Below are positions 55,867 through 64,000 of a stretch of 64,000 nucleotides of DNA, piece by piece. This DNA is from an uncultured Bacillales bacterium (GTDB taxonomy: Bacteria; Bacillota_I; Bacilli_A; RF39; UBA660), in the NCBI GenBank assembly GCA_947564265.1, contig CANOBK010000003.1:24331-88330 (forward strand), written 5' to 3'. Position numbers and translations under genes: made by a program. Positions within the stretch are counted from its first letter, which is position 1. The number at the start of each line of letters is the position of its first letter. The notes beneath the pieces are model-generated. The model did not search any database and had not been told where the DNA came from. It was given only the letters and a program-made list of their open reading frames with translations.

Positions 55867-55905
55867 AAACCGTATTAAAGTTTTGAGTGAGGGAGGGTAC
55901 TTGAT

Positions 55906-56535
55906 ATGAAAATAGAATTAGTGAAAAGTAATGATCCTAGATTAAAAAAGGTTTGTGAAGAAGTAGTTGATTTTGAGAATAAACAATTTTATTTGGATTT
56001 AATTAATCAAATTAAAAATCTATGTATTGAGCAATATGCTTTCGCTGCTGCAGCACCTCAATTTGGAATCAATAAACGATTTATAGTTCTAGTAAGTGCA
56101 GTAGAGAAGAAGGTAAGTAATATAGAGGAACTTCAACAATTTAAGGATCATTATGAAACTACAGTATATTTTAATCCTAGAATAACATTAATGAGAGGAC
56201 TAACATATTATTATGAAGCCTGTATGAGTACAGGAGAAGTAATTGGTAAAGTTGCTAGACCATATTATATAGAATTTGATTATCAGGACATCGATGGAAA
56301 TGATCATCATAGTAGTGCAGAAGGTTTTGAAGCTAGATGTTTTTGCCATGAAATCGATCATTTAGATGGAATTGAATTTCTTGATAAAGCGAGTGATATA
56401 ACGTATCATGCTGACTTAAATAAAAGAATTGAAATCAGAAATAAATTTCCTCAGAAAACAATCTCAGAAGATTGTGAGTTTGATCAAGGTGAGATTTATC
56501 CAGAATTTAGGACAAAAGTTTATATTAAGAGATAA
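55906..56535 (+). CDS. def: peptide deformylase, divergent
   Basis: 209 aa. Motif 3 HEIDHLDG is intact, motif 2 reads EACMS (usually EGCLS) and motif 1 reads FAAAAPQFG (usually G.G.AA.Q.G). Confidence 0.7.
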   Translation: MKIELVKSNDPRLKKVCEEVVDFENKQFYLDLINQIKNLCIEQYAFAAAAPQFGINKRFIVLVSAVEKKVSNIEELQQFKDHYETTVYFNPRITLMRGLTYYYEACMSTGEVIGKVARPYYIEFDYQDIDGNDHHSSAEGFEARCFCHEIDHLDGIEFLDKASDITYHADLNKRIEIRNKFPQKTISEDCEFDQGEIYPEFRTKVYIKR

Positions 56536-56768
56536 CAAGTAAATGGAAAATAAATTATGAAAAAATACTCAAAGAATTAAGTGATAGCTATCTTACTACT
56601 AATAATGTCTGATTATCCAATTGTTTAGTTTTATCCTTTGATTGATCTATATTTTTTTAGTAATTTGGTAGTATTAAAATATAGATTCTTTTTTCTTTGT
56701 TTTTTAGTCTATATTTGACTAATTAGCCATAAACTGTTATGATTAATTTAATAAAAAGGGTGATAAAA

Positions 56769-57407
56769 ATGGAATCAGATATCACAAATCTGTTTAAGGA
56801 AAAGAATAAATCAATTCTACTAGCTACACTCAAATATGATATTGAGAAAAATATAACATCTGTACTAGAGACGATGGTGAATATATTTAATAATGAATTT
56901 GATACTGCGATTACAAAAGTAACTTCTATTTATGAGGATAGTGGTAATACTGATTCAAAAAAATATATTACAGATACTATTAATCGAATGAAATTAGATA
57001 GCTATAAAGAAGTAGAGAAATTGTTAAATGATAAAAAGGAAAGTTTAGAAACTGTTCTAGAAGAGTTGGATTTTACCGATGAAAGATTTCAAGAATATTA
57101 TGATGCTGTATCGGAGACAACTCAAATCTTAAAAAATTCTTTAAAAAAATATTGTATTGAAGAAGTACAGAAAGATGCCATTGCATCATTCAAAGAAAAT
57201 ATTGAAAATACAGTAGAAGAAGACAAACAAAGTCTTGCACTATCTAGAGTAGAAGATTATTTTACAATTCGTTTATATGGAAAACTGGAAAGTAAACTTT
57301 ATATGGAATTAGAGTTAAGAGATAACAATTTATTAAATAAAGCAAAAGAAGGTTATATAAGATATCATCAAATCGTAGAAAAAACAGAAGAAAGAGAAGA
57401 AGTATAA
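56769..57407 (+). CDS. hypothetical coiled-coil protein (212 aa)
   Basis: Start set at MESDITNLF (AGGGTGA RBS). Glu/Lys-rich and helical, with no recognised domain. Confidence 0.65.
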   Translation: MESDITNLFKEKNKSILLATLKYDIEKNITSVLETMVNIFNNEFDTAITKVTSIYEDSGNTDSKKYITDTINRMKLDSYKEVEKLLNDKKESLETVLEELDFTDERFQEYYDAVSETTQILKNSLKKYCIEEVQKDAIASFKENIENTVEEDKQSLALSRVEDYFTIRLYGKLESKLYMELELRDNNLLNKAKEGYIRYHQIVEKTEEREEV

Positions 57408-57515
57408 TGAATTTGATTCTTAATTAAAAGTATTTTAAAGAAGAGAAGAAATTCTCTTTTTCTTTGTATAAAAACACATAATCTTACGATACTAATTGTA
57501 GAAAGAGGGGAAAAA

Positions 57516-58043
57516 ATGAAGTCAACAGGAATCGTAAGAAGAATTGATGAATTAGGAAGAGTGGTAATTCCTAAAGAAATTCGAAAAACATTAAAAATAA
57601 GAGAGGGAGATACTTTAGAGATTTATGTAGAAAAGAATTCAATTATTCTTAGAAAATTCTCACATCTAAATAATTTTACCTCTACAGCAGAAAAAATAGT
57701 TTCCATTGTTTCAAATACCTTAAAAAAGAATATTATCATTGTAGATTTGGATCATGTATTAGCATGTAGTAAAAACTTAGAAGAAGAGTACTTGAACCAG
57801 CCGATTTCATCAAAAATTGTAAATTTAGTGATGAGTCGGAAAAATAGTGGACAATTCTCTGTAGAATCGTTTTCTTTTATTGATGCAGTGGAGGAAGAAT
57901 GTAGTTATGTAATGAGTCCTATCTTAGTAGACAGTGATGTTTTAGGGGCAGTAATTCTATTTGATCAAGAACCACTAGAAGAGTCGGATTCTTTAATTAG
58001 TCAAATGTTAGGTTCATTTTTTGTCAAAACTGTAGAAGAATAA
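57516..58043 (+). CDS. spoVT: stage V sporulation protein T (AbrB-family regulator with GAF-like C-terminal domain)
   Basis: 175 aa. N-terminus MKSTGIVRRIDELGRVVIPKEIRKTLKIREGD is the AbrB/SpoVT swapped-hairpin motif. Its length and its position after mfd match SpoVT. Confidence 0.88.
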   Translation: MKSTGIVRRIDELGRVVIPKEIRKTLKIREGDTLEIYVEKNSIILRKFSHLNNFTSTAEKIVSIVSNTLKKNIIIVDLDHVLACSKNLEEEYLNQPISSKIVNLVMSRKNSGQFSVESFSFIDAVEEECSYVMSPILVDSDVLGAVILFDQEPLEESDSLISQMLGSFFVKTVEE

Positions 58044-58064
58044 TACATTATCTTTTCATTAGAA

Positions 58065-58093
58065 AAAGCTTACTTTCTAATTTGGTAAGCTTT
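58065..58093. terminator. hairpin between convergent spoVT and ORF 58070-58996
   Basis: 9-bp stem AAAGCTTAC (58065-58073) / GTAAGCTTT (58085-58093). It overlaps the 3' end of the - strand ORF, and its U-tails are imperfect. Confidence 0.4.
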
Positions 58094-58996
58094 CATTTTA
58101 TTGTTTGTTTCTCTAACATACTTCATATCTAATCCTAAAGAAAGAGGACAACCAGTATCATAAGAGATATTTGGAAATACTTTCTCTAAAGAGAAAATAG
58201 ATTTTCCATGGTATAGATATTCATTCACTTCATGGATTGCTTCTAATGTTCTAGTAAGGGTATCTTGATAGATTTGTAAAAAACTTTCTTGGTGTTTTTC
58301 TCCTGTTACTGGAACTCTCCAAGTAGAATTGTTCTCATTCGTTAATTCCTCTTTTGATAAACAATTTACTTCTAGAAATTTGTTAAAAGAAGATAATTTG
58401 ATAAGAAAGTCCTCTGTCATAAATGGATTCTTTGATACTACTTCAATGATAGTAGAAAGGAATAGTACTAGATAAGTAGATTTCATAATCTTTTTATCCT
58501 GATAAGTTGCCATATGAACATCTTTTATTAATTGGTTTATAGTTGGATTTGTTAGATCAACTTTATTAAAAAAATGCTCATCAATTTGAACTCTTTCTTT
58601 CTGCATGATATTTTTAATTAAATAGGTATCAATGTAGCCTTCTACCAAATTATGTGGTTCCAGTATCCCAACTTTCTTGCATCCTTTTTCTATATAGTAA
58701 ATGAATGGATGTGCTTTGGTATCAAAGAAATAATGACTCATATGTCCATATAATAAGGCTAAAACTTCTGGGTCTTCTGTTAAATGATTTTCTTTAATAT
58801 ATTGAAGGAGTGTTAATAGAAATTCTTGTGTTCTTTCACTATGCGCATTAGGATTTGAAAATATTGTAAAGTCAAGTCCTTGACAGTACCCTCTTAATGA
58901 ATCTTTCTTCATTGCTACCTTAAATATTTGCTCATCTTTTCTTGCTTCTTGAAACAGACTGTTTCCCATAATTGCGTGTGAGATATATAATGGCAT
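58070..58996 (-). CDS. hypothetical protein, possibly zinc-dependent phospholipase C-like
   Basis: 308 aa. N-terminal ..YISHAIMG.. and ..LLYGHMSHYFFDTKAHPFIYY.. resemble the His-rich motifs of the zinc-dependent phospholipase C family. The assignment is tentative. Confidence 0.4.
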   Translation of the reverse strand: MPLYISHAIMGNSLFQEARKDEQIFKVAMKKDSLRGYCQGLDFTIFSNPNAHSERTQEFLLTLLQYIKENHLTEDPEVLALLYGHMSHYFFDTKAHPFIYYIEKGCKKVGILEPHNLVEGYIDTYLIKNIMQKERVQIDEHFFNKVDLTNPTINQLIKDVHMATYQDKKIMKSTYLVLFLSTIIEVVSKNPFMTEDFLIKLSSFNKFLEVNCLSKEELTNENNSTWRVPVTGEKHQESFLQIYQDTLTRTLEAIHEVNEYLYHGKSIFSLEKVFPNISYDTGCPLSLGLDMKYVRETNNKMKAYQIRK

Positions 58997-59071
58997 TTCT
59001 ACTCCCCCTTGTAGCGTCTTATTATATCATAAATCTTTTCATAAGTCTATGCTTTGTAATAGCTTTTTTAG

Positions 59072-59100
59072 TTTACATTTAGAAATAATCGTGTTATAAT
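59072..59100 (+). promoter_or_regulatory. sigmaA-type promoter of the T-box leader
   Basis: TTTACA (59072-59077), 17-nt spacer, TGt-TATAAT (59092-59100). Confidence 0.6.
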
Positions 59101-59106
59101 AAACTC

Positions 59107-59335
59107 GAAAATGTTTTGAAGGAAAGAGTTATACGATTTCTATTAAAGAGAGTCTCGTTTGGTGAAAGAGATATAGAAAGACTATAATAGATGGTTCCAG
59201 AACAGATAAATCGATACTGTAGGTTTATACGTATTTTCCGCGTTAAGGAATCGAGTGGATAAATATTTAATTTATCAATTAAGGTGGTACCGCGATTTTT
59301 CGTCCTTATGGAAGAAAGATTGCTTTTTTTATTTT
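59107..59335 (+). promoter_or_regulatory. T-box riboswitch leader, probable Met (AUG) specifier
   Basis: Stem I with AGAGAG and GGUGAAAG distal motifs (59146-59170). Specifier loop ..AAUAG-AUG-G-UUCC with AUG at 59191-59193. T-box sequence AAUUAAGGUGGUACCGCG at 59277-59294. Terminator GCGAUUUUUC (59292-59301) / GAAAGAUUGC (59314-59323) plus U7. Confidence 0.85.
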
Positions 59336-59350
59336 AGGGGGTAAAAGAAT

Positions 59351-59818
59351 ATGGAAAAGTATTATGTAATTCCAGTTATGGAGTCAGATATATTGATTCC
59401 ATGCGGAAGAGAAAAAAATATTTCAATTCGAGAATATGTAGAAAAGTATTATCCAAGATTAGCGCAATTAGAAAGAGAGAGATTGTCTATTATTTATAGT
59501 GGGGATTATAATGCACCATTTACTGGTGAGCAAAAAAGACAATTAGAAGAGAATGCTCTTAAAAAAAGAAGGATAGCAGAAGAATTAGGAATTCCATTAC
59601 GCATTTTAGCAATGGATGATGGAAAAGAAACCTATGAAGTTGGGACTCATTCAAGAATTCTTAGTAATAGCCAAGATTTTCTTGATTTTAGAGAACAACC
59701 TAGAAATATATTTTTAACTTACTATAATGGAGATTATATACAGAGAGTAAAAAAATTTATGAGAAGAAAAGATTTTATCGTTTTACAAGGTGGTTCCCAA
59801 AAAATAATAAGAAGGTGA
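59351..59818 (+). CDS. hypothetical protein (155 aa), first gene after the T-box leader
   Basis: ORF with a GGGGGT RBS. No recognised domain. Confidence 0.65.
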   Translation: MEKYYVIPVMESDILIPCGREKNISIREYVEKYYPRLAQLERERLSIIYSGDYNAPFTGEQKRQLEENALKKRRIAEELGIPLRILAMDDGKETYEVGTHSRILSNSQDFLDFREQPRNIFLTYYNGDYIQRVKKFMRRKDFIVLQGGSQKIIRR

Positions 59819-59819
59819 T

Positions 59820-60302
59820 ATGATGGCAAGATATTTTGAGAAAATTAGTTTTGAACAATTTAAAAAAGACGTATGTGATGATAAAAATCTATATCATGCA
59901 TATTCTATTCCTAGAAGAAGTACAAAAGAATCAGCCGGATATGACTTTGAATCTATCATTGATTTTACTTTAAAACCAGGAGAGGCAAAAAAAATCCCTT
60001 TAGGTATCAAAATTCATATGAATTCTGGGGATGTTATGTTTTTATTGGTTCGAAGTAGTCAAGGTTTTAAGCATAATGTTCGAATGTGTAATCAAATTGG
60101 TGTGTTTGAAGCTGATTACTGTGATAATCCTACCAATGAAGGACATGCGTGGATTCGACTCCAAAATCATGGGGAAGAGGATTATGTAGTTCATGCGGGG
60201 GATAAAATCTGTCAGGCAGTATTTACTAAATTTCTAACAGTTGATAATGAAGATGATATTCAAAATGAAAGAATGGGTGGAATTGGCTCTACTGGCAATT
60301 AG
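59820..60302 (+). CDS. dut: dUTP diphosphatase (trimeric, YncF/YosS-like)
   Basis: 160 aa. ..PRRSTKESAGYDF.., ..VRSSQG.., ..GVFEADYCDN.., C-terminal ..ERMGGIGSTGN. Confidence 0.85.
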   Translation: MMARYFEKISFEQFKKDVCDDKNLYHAYSIPRRSTKESAGYDFESIIDFTLKPGEAKKIPLGIKIHMNSGDVMFLLVRSSQGFKHNVRMCNQIGVFEADYCDNPTNEGHAWIRLQNHGEEDYVVHAGDKICQAVFTKFLTVDNEDDIQNERMGGIGSTGN

Positions 60303-60310
60303 GTGATTTT

Positions 60311-60919
60311 ATGAAAAAAAGAATCATAGTAAATCAGAATGATACTATAGAAATTAAAATTACTCCAGGATATGCAGGTCAAAATTTATATATTTTAAGA
60401 TCCTATCGGACTGGAGAAGGAATCAAAAATATTAGATTTAGTCTTTGGGATGATATTTCTTTCAGCGCTTATACAAAAGAAGAAACTGATACTTTAGAAT
60501 TTACATTTGATATCAATGATCCTCTTTATTTTTGTTTTAATCGATTCTTAGGTAGTGATAAAGAAATCTATATCGAGGATGATGATACCCATTATTATGG
60601 AAAGAAATATCTATTAATCAGTAAAGAAGGTTACACTATTCAAATAATTTTTAAGAATCTCTTATCAGAGGATGAATATGATCCAACAGATTATCTTGCA
60701 GGAGAATTTAGAGTATTTATCAAAAATATTGGACCAGATCCTAGAAGTAAAATAGAGGATTATCATTTCAAGTGTAGAATTATTGATTTTCTTAGAGATT
60801 GTGAGGAAAATTTATTGGAAGAGTACCATCAAATGACAATAGATGAGTATGTAGAAATATTAAATTATGATCAAGAATGTCAAAAGAACCATCAAAAAAT
60901 AATAAGGAGGAATGGATGA
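60311..60919 (+). CDS. hypothetical protein (202 aa)
   Basis: ORF whose TGA (60917-60919) overlaps the metG ATG (60916-60918). No recognised domain. Confidence 0.65.
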   Translation: MKKRIIVNQNDTIEIKITPGYAGQNLYILRSYRTGEGIKNIRFSLWDDISFSAYTKEETDTLEFTFDINDPLYFCFNRFLGSDKEIYIEDDDTHYYGKKYLLISKEGYTIQIIFKNLLSEDEYDPTDYLAGEFRVFIKNIGPDPRSKIEDYHFKCRIIDFLRDCEENLLEEYHQMTIDEYVEILNYDQECQKNHQKIIRRNG

Positions 60920-62460
60920 TGGAAAAATATTATATTACTACAGCGATTGCTTATACTTCGGGGAAACCTCATATTGGGAATACTTATGAGATTGTTTTAG
61001 CGGATGCGATTGCACGTTATAAAAGATTAAAAGGATTCGACGTATACTTTCAGACGGGAACAGATGAACATGGGGAAAAAATTCAGATTAAAGCAGAAGA
61101 AAAGGGTGTTACACCAAAGGAATTTGTAGATGATGTTGCTGGTGAAATTCAAAGAATTTGGGATGTTATGAATACAAGCTATGATCGATTTGTTCGTACA
61201 ACAGATGCTAATCATGAAAAAATTGTTCAAAAAATCTTCAAAAAAATGTATGATCAAGGAGATATTTACTTAGGAAAATATGAAGGTCTTTATTGTACTC
61301 CTTGTGAATCTTTCTTTACGGAAAGTCAATTAGTAGATGGAAAATGTCCTGATTGTGGAAGAGAAGTACAGCCAAAAAGTGAGGAAGCATACTTCTTCAA
61401 GCTTTCTAAGTATCAAGACCGATTAATCAAATACATTGAAGATCATCCTCAGTTTATCCAACCAGAGTCTAGAAAAAATGAAATGATTAACAATTTTTTA
61501 AAGCCAGGACTTCAGGATTTATGTGTTTCTAGAACTTCCTTTGATTGGGGAATTCCAGTCGATTTTGATTCGAAACATGTTGTTTATGTATGGTTAGATG
61601 CTTTGACTAATTATATTACGAATATCGGATATGATCCTGATGGTTCTAGTGAAGAATTTCATAAAAATTGGCCAGCAGATCTTCATTTAATTGGAAAAGA
61701 TATTATTCGTTTTCATACCATTTACTGGCCTTGTTTCTTAATGAGTCTAGATTTACCACTTCCAAAACAAGTATTTGGGCACCCTTGGTTACTTGTTGGT
61801 GACGGAAAAATGAGTAAATCGAAGGGGAATGTTGTTTATGCTGATGATTTAGTGGAAGAATTTGGAGTCGATGCCGTTCGTTACTATGTGCTTCATGAGA
61901 TTCCTTTTGCAAATGACGGAACATTAACTTACGACTTATTAATTGAAAGAATCAATGGAGATTTGGCTAATATCTTAGGAAATTTAGTAAATCGTACGAT
62001 TTCAATGGTAAATAAATACTTTGACGGACCAGTTTCTAACAAAAAGGTAGTAGATTCTATGGATCAAGGATTAGTTGATGTGATTAACTCATTAGAAGAT
62101 CGCGTTGAAGCGAAAATGTCAAAATTGGAAATTGGGGCAGCCCTTGATGAAATCTTTGAAGTTCTTCGTCGTAGTAACAAATATATCGACGAAACAGAAC
62201 CTTGGGCTCTAGCAAAAGAAGAAGACAAAAAAGATAGATTAATGACAGTATTATATAACTTATTAGAGGCAATCCGTGTTTGTGGAATCTTCTTAAGTCC
62301 ATATTTACCAGAAACAAGTGAAAAAATTAAAACACAGATTCATAATGATATGAAGGAAACAAAGTACTTAGAAAACAATACATATGAATCATTAACAGCA
62401 GAGGCTCTATTCATGAGAATTGATAAAGAGAAAAAACTAAAAGAGTTAGAAAGTAAGTAG
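60916..62460 (+). CDS. metG: methionine--tRNA ligase (short form without C-terminal tRNA-binding domain)
   Basis: Start set at MMEKYYITTAIAYTSGKPHIGNTYE (AGGAGG RBS). HIGH-type PHIGN and KMSKS (GKMSKSKGN) motifs, Cys knuckle CTPCE..CPDCG. Confidence 0.95.
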   Translation: MMEKYYITTAIAYTSGKPHIGNTYEIVLADAIARYKRLKGFDVYFQTGTDEHGEKIQIKAEEKGVTPKEFVDDVAGEIQRIWDVMNTSYDRFVRTTDANHEKIVQKIFKKMYDQGDIYLGKYEGLYCTPCESFFTESQLVDGKCPDCGREVQPKSEEAYFFKLSKYQDRLIKYIEDHPQFIQPESRKNEMINNFLKPGLQDLCVSRTSFDWGIPVDFDSKHVVYVWLDALTNYITNIGYDPDGSSEEFHKNWPADLHLIGKDIIRFHTIYWPCFLMSLDLPLPKQVFGHPWLLVGDGKMSKSKGNVVYADDLVEEFGVDAVRYYVLHEIPFANDGTLTYDLLIERINGDLANILGNLVNRTISMVNKYFDGPVSNKKVVDSMDQGLVDVINSLEDRVEAKMSKLEIGAALDEIFEVLRRSNKYIDETEPWALAKEEDKKDRLMTVLYNLLEAIRVCGIFLSPYLPETSEKIKTQIHNDMKETKYLENNTYESLTAEALFMRIDKEKKLKELESK

Positions 62461-62469
62461 GTATTTTGT

Positions 62470-62868
62470 ATGGAAAAAAGTACAAATCCAAGTATGGTAG
62501 GAATTGATGAAATCGGAGATGTTTATCAAGATCGTATTCTTACGATGGAAGAGGTGGATTGTGACCTAGAAATTAGGAATCCATTTCGTAGGATTAGTGA
62601 TACGATTGAGAAAATAAAAGAAAAATACATTTTAATTGTAGTAAAAGAAATCATGTTGAAAGAAATGAAAAAATCTTATTATGAAAATGCAGAAAATGTG
62701 AAGGAGTTCATCGATATCGATACTCATTTTGTAACAAGTGAAGATGGGGCTGCCGGTTACCATCATATTGAAAATCTGTGTATTTGGCGGAATGGTTTTT
62801 ATAATTTCAATTGTTTTAATTTAACAACTCCAGGGTTACGATTTGGAAATCAAAAAAAGATGAGATAG
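62470..62868 (+). CDS. hypothetical protein (132 aa)
   Basis: ORF between metG and tatD with a weak RBS. No recognised domain. Confidence 0.55.
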   Translation: MEKSTNPSMVGIDEIGDVYQDRILTMEEVDCDLEIRNPFRRISDTIEKIKEKYILIVVKEIMLKEMKKSYYENAENVKEFIDIDTHFVTSEDGAAGYHHIENLCIWRNGFYNFNCFNLTTPGLRFGNQKKMR

Positions 62869-62930
62869 TTCAATTGGGAACTATCTTTTTGTGTGTTATA
62901 ATAGAAATTGAAATGAATGGAGTGACAATT

Positions 62931-63698
62931 ATGTTTATAGATACTCATACACATATTGGAAATGATTTTGGGACTTCCCCAGATTTATTTGTGGAAAATG
63001 CTAAAAATGCAGATGTGCAGTATCTGATTGCCTCTTTCTGTGAAAAAGACGATCTTCTTTTATCCACGAAATTTGTTGATAAATATAAAAATTTATATGC
63101 TTGTGTTGGATATCATCCGGAAGTTGCTAACAAAATTGTGGATAAAGATTATGAGATTTTAGAGGATGTTATTCGAAAAAATCCTAAAATTGTAGCGATT
63201 GGTGAGATTGGTTTAGATTATTACTGGAACAAAGACAATAAAGAAAAACAAAGAGAGGTATTTAGAAAGCAATTAGAACTTGCAGAAAAACTTCATCTTC
63301 CTGTTGTAATTCATAGTAGAGATGCTATTAATGAAACTTATGAAATTTTAAGAGAATTTAAAGAGGTAAAAGGAGTTATTCACTGTTTTAGTGGAAGTTT
63401 AGAAATGGCAAAAAAGTTCATCGATTTAGGATATTATCTAGGAATTGGTGGTGTTTTAACATTCAAAAATAGTAAGCTTGGTGGTGTGATAGAAGAAATC
63501 CCTTTAACCAATCTTTTATTAGAGACAGATAGTCCTTATTTAGCTCCTGAACCAGTGCGTGGAACTACGAATGAATCGAAAAATATTCCGTATATCGCCA
63601 AGAAAATAGCAGATATTAAGCAAATTCCCTTAGAAGAGGTTGCAGAAGTTACTACTAGAAATGCAATACAATTATTTGACTTATCGAACAGATTATGA
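62931..63698 (+). CDS. tatD: TatD family metal-dependent hydrolase
   Basis: Start set at MFIDTHTHIG (GGAGTGA RBS). ..AIGEIGLDYYW.., ..PVVIHSRDA.., ..GVIHCFSG.., ..ETDSPYLAP.. Confidence 0.93.
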   Translation: MFIDTHTHIGNDFGTSPDLFVENAKNADVQYLIASFCEKDDLLLSTKFVDKYKNLYACVGYHPEVANKIVDKDYEILEDVIRKNPKIVAIGEIGLDYYWNKDNKEKQREVFRKQLELAEKLHLPVVIHSRDAINETYEILREFKEVKGVIHCFSGSLEMAKKFIDLGYYLGIGGVLTFKNSKLGGVIEEIPLTNLLLETDSPYLAPEPVRGTTNESKNIPYIAKKIADIKQIPLEEVAEVTTRNAIQLFDLSNRL

Positions 63699-63744
63699 TA
63701 TAGTTTACTTATATTAAGATATGAGAATAGAATATGGGTGAATT

Positions 63745-64000
63745 ATGAAGAAATTTTATAAGGCGATGGCTTACCGTATGATGCTTGTTACTACTTGTTT
63801 CGTTTCACTTTTTCTAATTGCTAGCGGAAACAGGAAGCAAACAAATACAGTATCTAATATTAATGGAGTAAAATCTATTGAAGCGATTCATATTGTAAGT
63901 AAGTATAATAATCAAGATCAAAAATTACAAGTAATGTCAGTTGCAAGTATTGATGAAATCAAGCAATATGGACCAACGAATCCAATTTCCTTTACTGGTC
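63745..64000 (+). CDS. hypothetical membrane-anchored protein, N-terminal part (3' end outside window)
   Basis: ATG 63745 after a GGGTGA RBS. MKKFYKAMAYRMMLVTTCFVSLFLIASG.. is a signal/anchor helix. The frame stays open to the window end, in the position held by yabE in B. subtilis. Confidence 0.5.
   Translation, partial: MKKFYKAMAYRMMLVTTCFVSLFLIASGNRKQTNTVSNINGVKSIEAIHIVSKYNNQDQKLQVMSVASIDEIKQYGPTNPISFTG

Noticed and set aside
59252-59260. AGTGGATAA (8/9 DnaA box) inside the T-box leader, and similar isolated GTGGATA strings near 55700.
   Set aside because: These are single, isolated near-matches far from oriC and are expected by chance. The one at 59252 lies within a structured riboswitch region that already explains the sequence.
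1-64000. Searched for rRNA and tRNA genes, CRISPR repeats, IS/transposase, integrase, prophage or canonical defence genes, since many Bacillota carry an rrn operon after gyrA or near dnaA.
   Set aside because: I noticed no tRNA T-arm/acceptor signatures (GGTTCGAATCC-like), no 16S/23S-like GC-rich blocks, no regularly spaced direct repeats and no recombinase motifs in any translated ORF. This is an eye-scan only, so tRNAscan, Infernal and a CRISPR finder would be needed to be definitive.

Overview
AT-rich (about 30% GC by eye) Bacillota chromosome segment centred on the replication origin. Left of ~32.3 kb almost every gene is on the - strand, and right of it on the + strand. The backbone is the Bacillus-type oriC neighbourhood. 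On the left arm: rpmH-rnpA-yidC-jag, mnmE/mnmG/rsmG, noc, parAB, mscS, DUF951, ychF, rpsF-ssb-rpsR, DHH-rplI-dnaB, walJ-like, rlmH. On the right arm: dnaA-dnaN-(comK-like)-recF-gyrB-gyrA, SRP RNA-tadA-dnaX-ybaB-recR-bofA-holB-ricT-trmN6-rsmI, pth-mfd, spoVT, and a T-box-led operon ending in metG-tatD. GerQ, BofA, SpoVT and RicT indicate a spore-former lineage. I recognised no rRNA, tRNA, CRISPR array, transposase, integrase or canonical defence genes. About a dozen unrecognisable ORFs of 130-310 aa are wedged into the housekeeping backbone. Most notable signals: (1) four letter-identical 24-bp palindromes whose core is the Noc-binding site, two of them sitting 20-40 bp from parS sites; (2) a Noc homologue lacking the N-terminal membrane helix but carrying a ~115-aa low-complexity insert; (3) a tandem array of three diverging paralogues plus an orphan fragment and an inserted S51 peptidase between rpsF and ychF; (4) an ORF with two tandem copies of the ribosomal protein S3 N-terminal motif upstream of pth; (5) a Met-specific T-box leader separated from metG by a dUTPase and two unknown genes. 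Nothing is proven to be a new system. The NBS-parS dyads and the paralogue array are my best candidates. All homology calls come from reading the translations against remembered family motifs; no database search was run.
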